A stretch of DNA of 55,559 nucleotides from Candidatus Woesearchaeota archaeon (GTDB lineage Archaea; Nanobdellota; Nanobdellia; Woesearchaeales; GCA-2686295). Positions 50,509 to 55,559 of the stretch are shown here, piece after piece. The notes under the pieces were generated by a model. The model saw only the letters and a list, made by a program, of their open reading frames with translations, did not search any database and was not told the origin of the DNA. The position numbers and the translations under genes were made by a program. Location: assembly GCA_016784125.1 (NCBI GenBank), contig JADHVI010000004.1, positions 1 through 55,559 on the forward strand, given 5' to 3'. Position 1 is the first letter of the stretch. Each line of letters starts with the position of its first letter.

Positions 50509-50829
50509 TTATGAACTATACTTTGCTACAAGACTTTCAGGCATAGATGGTTTAGCTAATTTAGGTGGATCTATATATTCGCACTCGTAAATCGCACTTT
50601 TAAATCTAAACCATGTTGATGCACCTTCGTATTTTAAAGCAGGTATTATTCCATCAGTTTTGGCAATTGTTCTAAGATCATCTAAATGATCAAATGTTGC
50701 GCATATCTCGTGTAATACTGGATGTTTACTCGCAAAATGGCTGTAAGAATTATATTCTGCAATTTTACTTTCTAATTTTTCTTTTACAAGTTTAATTGGA
50801 CCTTTCATATATATCAACCCCTCAATCAT
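50509..50829 (-). CDS. Hypothetical protein (106 aa)
   Basis: Clean ORF; no family recognised. Confidence 0.45.
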   Translation of the reverse strand: MIEGLIYMKGPIKLVKEKLESKIAEYNSYSHFASKHPVLHEICATFDHLDDLRTIAKTDGIIPALKYEGASTWFRFKSAIYECEYIDPPKLAKPSMPESLVAKYSS

Positions 50830-50860
50830 TATGGTAATGAGAATTATTATATGAACTTTT

Positions 50861-51952
50861 TTAGAATAAGTGTACTTCTAAAACATCTCCATCTTTTAAT
50901 TTATGATTAAGCATTAACTTTTGACCTGGGAATTTTGCTGATGGACCCCAAACTCTAGCAAATTTGAATAATTTAATCATGTCTTTGTGTAGCTTTGAGC
51001 AAACATCTCTTATAGTTGAATTTTTTTCAATAATTAAAGGTTCGTCCATGTCTGCTTCTTTGGTAGGCTCTTTCATATAGATACTCATAAAATTTAATCC
51101 TTCAAAAATGAGCTCTTTTAATTCTTCAATCCCTTTTTTCCCTTTTGCAGAAACAGCTAGGTTTGCTTTTGTTTCATTAATTACTTTCTCAAGCTTCTCT
51201 TCAGTTACCATATCCATCTTGTTTATCACGGTAATTGCTGGCAAATACTTTTTATTATCCTCAATGCAATCAATTAATTGATCAACAGTAATCTTTTCTC
51301 TTATAACAACGTCTGCATTATTAATTTTGAATTCTTTTAAAACAGCTTTAACTGTTTCATTTGTCAAACTCTTCTTTACTGTCCAGGCGATTTTTAGGCC
51401 GTCTTTGGCAGTTTTTACGATTTTGACATCTGGTCTTTTTTGATTAAGCCTAATGTGAGCATCTCTTACTTCTTCTAGAATAATTGTTCTGTGCTCAGGA
51501 TCATTTACGTCAAGTAGAATGATTGCCATATCTGCATTTCTCATAACTGAAAGAACTTCTCTTCCCCTTCCTCTTCCAGAAGCTGCTCCTTTTACAATTC
51601 CAGGGACGTCTAAGATTTGAATTTTAGCATATTTGTATTCTAATAAGCCGGGAATAACTGACAGAGTTGTAAAGGCATATGCGCCAACTTCTGACTCTTG
51701 ATTTGTAAGTGCATTTAGTAAAGTACTTTTTCCAACAGACGGAAAACCTAAGAGTAAAACAGTTCCATCACCAGTTCTTCTAACAGTATAACCTTCTTTT
51801 GGACCAGAACTCTTGCTTCTCGCTGTTTGTTTTTCTTTTAATTTAGCAAGCTGAGCCTTATACAAACCAATAGCATGTTGAGTTTTTTTGTTATACTTGC
51901 TATTCTTAATTAAGTCTTCAAGTTCCTTAATCTTATCGTTATAATCAGCCAT
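50861..51952 (-). CDS. DRG-family GTPase (OBG-HflX-like, with C-terminal TGS domain)
   Basis: G1 GFPSVGKSTLLNALT, G3 DVPGIV, G4 NKMD, and a C-terminal TGS domain ending DGDVLEVHLF. Confidence 0.85.
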   Translation of the reverse strand: MADYNDKIKELEDLIKNSKYNKKTQHAIGLYKAQLAKLKEKQTARSKSSGPKEGYTVRRTGDGTVLLLGFPSVGKSTLLNALTNQESEVGAYAFTTLSVIPGLLEYKYAKIQILDVPGIVKGAASGRGRGREVLSVMRNADMAIILLDVNDPEHRTIILEEVRDAHIRLNQKRPDVKIVKTAKDGLKIAWTVKKSLTNETVKAVLKEFKINNADVVIREKITVDQLIDCIEDNKKYLPAITVINKMDMVTEEKLEKVINETKANLAVSAKGKKGIEELKELIFEGLNFMSIYMKEPTKEADMDEPLIIEKNSTIRDVCSKLHKDMIKLFKFARVWGPSAKFPGQKLMLNHKLKDGDVLEVHLF

Positions 51953-52940
51953 TTTGTTTTCTTGTAATGTTTGGAATAACCTTGCTCTTTAAAGGTTTCC
52001 ACCATTCTTCATTTTCTTTATACCATTGAATGGTTGTTTTTAAACCTTCTTCAAAGTTATGCTTTGGAGACCAACCAAGTTCCTTATTAATCTTTGTAAA
52101 ATCGATTGCGTATCTGAAATCATGTCCTTTTCTGTCTTTGACAAATTCGATTTGATCTTCTTCTAGATTAAATTCTTCTAGGATTAGTTTAGTTATCTCG
52201 AGGTTTTTTAATTCACAATTTCCACCAATACAATATGTTTCTCCTATTTTTCCTTTGTGAAATATTAAATCAACTGCTTCGTTATGATCATCCACATGAA
52301 TCCAGTCTCTGACATTGGTTCCTTGGCCGTATATTGGCAGTTTCTTTCCTTCAATTAGATTGGTTACAAATAATGGTATTAGTTTTTCAGGGAATTGATA
52401 TGGACCATAGTTATTTGAGCAATTAGAGATGGTAATTGGTAATCCATAAGTCTTGTAATATGATTTTACTAATTGATCTGCTTCTGCCTTTGAAGCTGCA
52501 TATGGTGATTTTGGATTGTAAGGCGTTGTTTCTCTGAATTTGCCTTCTTTTATTGAGCCATAAACTTCATCTGTTGAAATATGGTGAAATCTCTTTTTGT
52601 TATTATTTAATGCAGCGTCTAATAATACTTTTGTACCAAGAACATTTGTTTTGATGAACTCATCTGCATTTAAGATGCTTCGGTCAACATGGCTCTCTGC
52701 TGCGAAATGAATTACTGCGTCAACTTCTTGCATTAATTTGTTTACGAGTTCTTTATCGCAGATATCTCCTTTTATGAATTTATATCTTGGATCATTTTCA
52801 ATTGCTTTGAGATTTTCTGGGTTTCCAGCATAGGTTAATTTATCTAAGTTGATTATTTTGTAGTCTTTGTATTTTTTTAGAATGTAGAGAATAAAATTAG
52901 TTCCAATAAATCCACAACCTCCAGTGACTAAAATCTTCAT
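51945..52940 (-). CDS. rfbB: dTDP-glucose 4,6-dehydratase
   Basis: MKILVTGGCGFIGTNF, STDEVYG, YAASKAEADQL (YxxxK), NNYGPYQFPEKLIP. Confidence 0.85.
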   Translation of the reverse strand: MKILVTGGCGFIGTNFILYILKKYKDYKIINLDKLTYAGNPENLKAIENDPRYKFIKGDICDKELVNKLMQEVDAVIHFAAESHVDRSILNADEFIKTNVLGTKVLLDAALNNNKKRFHHISTDEVYGSIKEGKFRETTPYNPKSPYAASKAEADQLVKSYYKTYGLPITISNCSNNYGPYQFPEKLIPLFVTNLIEGKKLPIYGQGTNVRDWIHVDDHNEAVDLIFHKGKIGETYCIGGNCELKNLEITKLILEEFNLEEDQIEFVKDRKGHDFRYAIDFTKINKELGWSPKHNFEEGLKTTIQWYKENEEWWKPLKSKVIPNITRKQNG

Positions 52941-52982
52941 ATTAGTAAGACTATCTGATTGTGTATAAATAGTTTGTTTTTT

Positions 52983-53000
52983 CGAAAAGATTTAAATAAA
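52983..53000 (+). promoter_or_regulatory. BRE/TATA promoter (leaderless) of galE
   Basis: CGAAAAGATTTAAATAAA ends 21 nt before ATG 53021. Confidence 0.45.
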
Positions 53001-53020
53001 AAACTACTTTGTTGTTTTTT

Positions 53021-53962
53021 ATGAAAACAATCTTGGTTACAGGTGGAGCAGGTTATATTGGTAGTGTTGCTGTTAAAGCTTTGCTTGACAAGGGTTATTC
53101 TGTTGTTGTAGTTGATAATTTATCTAAAGGTAAGAAAGAATTAGTTGACAGCCGAGCTAAGTTGTTTGAGTTGGATTTAGTCGATGATTTGGATTCTGTA
53201 TTTAGTGAAGGTATTGATTCTGTAATTCATTTTGCGTCTTACAAAGCCGTTGAAGAATCAATGACTGATGCTGTTAAGTATTCTGATAATATACTGGGAA
53301 CAGTTAATTTATTGAATGCTATGGTTAAGTTTAACGTTAAGAAAATAATCTTTTCATCCACTGCATCTGTTTATGGAATGCCTTCAGTCGATGTTTTAAC
53401 TGAAGAAACTCCTGTTAATCCGATCAATTATTATGGTTTTACTAAATTAGAATGTGAGAAATTTATTTCTTGGTATTCCAAGGTTTATTCTATTGATTTT
53501 GTTAATTTACGTTATTTCAATGTAGCTGGCGATGGTGGGCTCAATTATGTTGATCCTGATGCAAAAAATATTTTCCCAATAATTATGGATGTATTATTTG
53601 GCAGAAGGGATAAATTAGTGATTACAGGCGATGACTTTGATACTCGCGATGGAACAGGCGTTCGTGATTATATTGATGTAAATGATTTAGTAGAAGCACA
53701 TATATTAGCTTTGGATGCAGATTTTAAAGGAGTAATTAACTTAGGAACTTCTTCAGGTGTTTCTGTTAAAGAATTAGTTAAATATACAGAAGAAGTTGTT
53801 GGTCAAAAGATTCCTGTTGAGATTGGTCCTCGAAGAGATGGAGACCCTGCAACTGTTATTGCTTCAAATAAAAAAGCTAAAGAAATTCTTGGTTGGGAGC
53901 CAAAAGTTGAAATTAAAGAAATGATAAGAACAACTTATGAAGCATATAAATCAAGACTTTGA
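53021..53962 (+). CDS. galE: UDP-glucose 4-epimerase (NAD-dependent epimerase family)
   Basis: ATG 53021 (the track start 53009 is TTG). MKTILVTGGAGYIGS, SSTASVYG, YGFTKLECEKF (YxxxK). Confidence 0.8.
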   Translation: MKTILVTGGAGYIGSVAVKALLDKGYSVVVVDNLSKGKKELVDSRAKLFELDLVDDLDSVFSEGIDSVIHFASYKAVEESMTDAVKYSDNILGTVNLLNAMVKFNVKKIIFSSTASVYGMPSVDVLTEETPVNPINYYGFTKLECEKFISWYSKVYSIDFVNLRYFNVAGDGGLNYVDPDAKNIFPIIMDVLFGRRDKLVITGDDFDTRDGTGVRDYIDVNDLVEAHILALDADFKGVINLGTSSGVSVKELVKYTEEVVGQKIPVEIGPRRDGDPATVIASNKKAKEILGWEPKVEIKEMIRTTYEAYKSRL

Positions 53963-54294
53963 ATTTGTTTTATCGTATTATTTATTTCTTTTATTAATTC
54001 TATTGCATCTTTAAGGCTAATATTTTCTCCATAGTAATTTATTCTATTCCTGATTTTTCTGAATCTGTTAAATTGTTCTGCTAAGTCTTTTTTTGATAGA
54101 ATTTCATTAAGAAATGAATAATAACATTCATGGTTGTAGACTTTGTATCCTTTTTTGAGAGCTAATGATTCTAATTTTTGTCTTAATGAGTCATATAAAA
54201 GTGTTATTATTGATGTGGTGCTTTCTTTTTTTAAAGGTATATTCTTTGTAGTTATAATTTTATTATTTGAATCTTTCTCTAGGGAATAAGCCAT
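53935..54294 (-). CDS. HEPN-domain protein (toxin-like partner of the MNT gene)
   Basis: LAEQFNRFRKIRNRINYYGENISLKDAIE resembles the HEPN R-x4-[HY] helix; lies downstream of a nucleotidyltransferase gene; 28-nt convergent overlap with galE. Confidence 0.6.
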   Translation of the reverse strand: MAYSLEKDSNNKIITTKNIPLKKESTTSIITLLYDSLRQKLESLALKKGYKVYNHECYYSFLNEILSKKDLAEQFNRFRKIRNRINYYGENISLKDAIELIKEINNTIKQIQSLDLYAS

Positions 54295-54357
54295 GTGCTT
54301 ATCAGTTTTGACTTTTTTTATAATCTGTTTGTCGATGCAATCTTTCTAATCCATTTT

Positions 54358-54840
54358 CTACGAGAATATAATTATTCCTTCATTAATATTGCTTTTGAGG
54401 TCTTTATTTTTTAATTCTTCTCTGAAGTGTAATTCTATTTCTCTATTTAGATTGATTTTTTCTGTATTTATTTTCTTTCTTGACATGTTAATGAATAAAT
54501 CTAAATCACTTTTGTGTGTGTTTTCTGCTTTTGCTATTGATCCAAATAAAATAATTTTTTTTAATAACACTTCTTCATGTAAACTTCTTAGTTTTTCCCT
54601 TAATAAGCTCTTCCAGTATATTCTCGCAAGATCTCCGAAGATGTCAGATTCTTTGTTTGCTCTGAACAGATGATTTTTTTTGAATTCTCTTTTTTTAAGG
54701 ATTTGTTCTTTTTCTAGTTTTTTTAATGTTTTAGATGCTGTTGGTGGACTTATATTTATCTCTTTTGCATATTCTCTAACGGAGATTTCTCTATATGTAT
54801 CTTCAAAGAAAGGTTTTAAATTGTTAATAATATTTAACAT
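54358..54840 (-). CDS. Minimal nucleotidyltransferase (MNT) with a fused N-terminal wHTH
   Basis: SVREYAKEINISPPTASKTLKKLEKEQIL (wHTH) and ILFGSIAKAENTHKSDLDLFI (GS-x9-11-DxD of the pol-beta NTase fold). Confidence 0.7.
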   Translation of the reverse strand: MLNIINNLKPFFEDTYREISVREYAKEINISPPTASKTLKKLEKEQILKKREFKKNHLFRANKESDIFGDLARIYWKSLLREKLRSLHEEVLLKKIILFGSIAKAENTHKSDLDLFINMSRKKINTEKINLNREIELHFREELKNKDLKSNINEGIIIFS

Positions 54841-54900
54841 ATGTTAAAATAATTTAACAATCTTTATAAATATTTCTGAAAAATAACTAAATTTTCACAA

Positions 54901-54913
54901 AAAGATTTATATA
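54901..54913 (+). promoter_or_regulatory. BRE/TATA promoter of the glycosyltransferase gene
   Basis: AAAGATTTATATA, then a leader with SD GGGGGT before ATG 54946. Confidence 0.5.
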
Positions 54914-54945
54914 CCCTCGTGTATCTCGAAGTTGTATTGGGGGTA

Positions 54946-55559
54946 ATGATGGATATTTCAATAGTAGTTCCGGTATATAACGAACGAAAAAACGTAGCAA
55001 TTCTACATTCAAGAATTAGAGATGTGTTAGATTCTTTAGGTAAAAAATATGAGATAATTTTTGTTGATGATGGCTCTCGTGATGGAACATTTCAAGAATT
55101 GAAACGATTAGATAAAGTTAAGATTGTACAATTTAGAAAGAACTTTGGACAAACAGCAGCAATGTCAGCAGGTTTTAAAGCTGCAAAAGGAGATATAATT
55201 ATTAGTATGGATGGTGATTTGCAAAATGATCCTCACGACATTCCTCGTATGCTAGATAAGATGGATGAAGGATACGATGTTGTTTCTGGTTGGAGAGCAA
55301 GTAGAAAAGATAGTATGTCTAAAGTTTTATTCTCAAAATTTGCAGCATCTCTTCGAAGGAAGTTTATTAGTGATGTTGTTCATGATTCTGGATGTTCATT
55401 AAAAGCTTACAGGAAAGAATGTTTTGAAGACTTAGATTTGTATGGTGAAATGCATCGATATATTCCTGCTTTGCTAAGCTGGAAAGGTTTTAGAATTGGA
55501 GAAGTGAAAGTAAGGCATCAAGCAAGAAGATTTGGAACAACAAAGTATGGTGCTAGAAG
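54946..55559 (+). CDS. Family 2 glycosyltransferase (dolichyl-phosphate sugar transferase-like), C-terminus beyond the window
   Basis: Not in the ORF track (edge). MMDISIVVPVYNERKN, IIFVDDGSRDGT, ISMDGDLQNDP (DxD). Confidence 0.8.
   Translation, partial: MMDISIVVPVYNERKNVAILHSRIRDVLDSLGKKYEIIFVDDGSRDGTFQELKRLDKVKIVQFRKNFGQTAAMSAGFKAAKGDIIISMDGDLQNDPHDIPRMLDKMDEGYDVVSGWRASRKDSMSKVLFSKFAASLRRKFISDVVHDSGCSLKAYRKECFEDLDLYGEMHRYIPALLSWKGFRIGEVKVRHQARRFGTTKYGAR

Overview
AT-rich (about one-third G+C by eye), very gene-dense archaeal chromosome segment: about 75 protein genes, one tRNA, no rRNA, no CRISPR array and no obvious transposon. The archaeal assignment comes directly from the encoded proteins: ribosomal stalk operon L1-P0-P1, S8e, S15, S24e, Spt4, Rpo7/RpoE', aCPSF1, proteasome beta, diphthine synthase, archaeal-type ThrRS and type-2 MetAP. 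Short genes, few biosynthetic genes and K/E-rich protein tails suggest a reduced DPANN-like genome (inference only). Many genes have a recurring BRE/TATA box, (C)GAAA(A)GATTTATATA, 20-25 nt before the ATG, which implies leaderless mRNAs. Notable blocks: (i) 12.7-23.0 kb is a ~10-kb single-strand type IV filament (Epd/Tad-like) locus. It has three Gln+1 class III pilins, a split TadB/TadC-like platform, a FlaI/TadA-type ATPase, two non-canonical accessory proteins, two larger pilin-like proteins and a Cys-rich secreted protein. (ii) 34.6-42.5 kb is an accessory region. It holds an RHH protein overlapping a membrane-spanning kinase-like protein, an AbrB-PhoU regulator with a triple palindromic operator, and a six-gene same-strand cluster (REC-like, unknown, Zn-ribbon, secreted beta-rich, membrane, multi-Zn-ribbon) that I cannot assign to any family. 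This cluster is my best candidate for an undescribed system. (iii) A bacterial-type IspG sits among archaeal housekeeping genes. (iv) A Thr-run mini-ORF and a perfect palindrome lie upstream of an SGNH-hydrolase/thrS operon. (v) There are two toxin-antitoxin modules (AbrB-RelE and wHTH-MNT/HEPN). All functional calls come from motif recognition by eye; no database search was possible.
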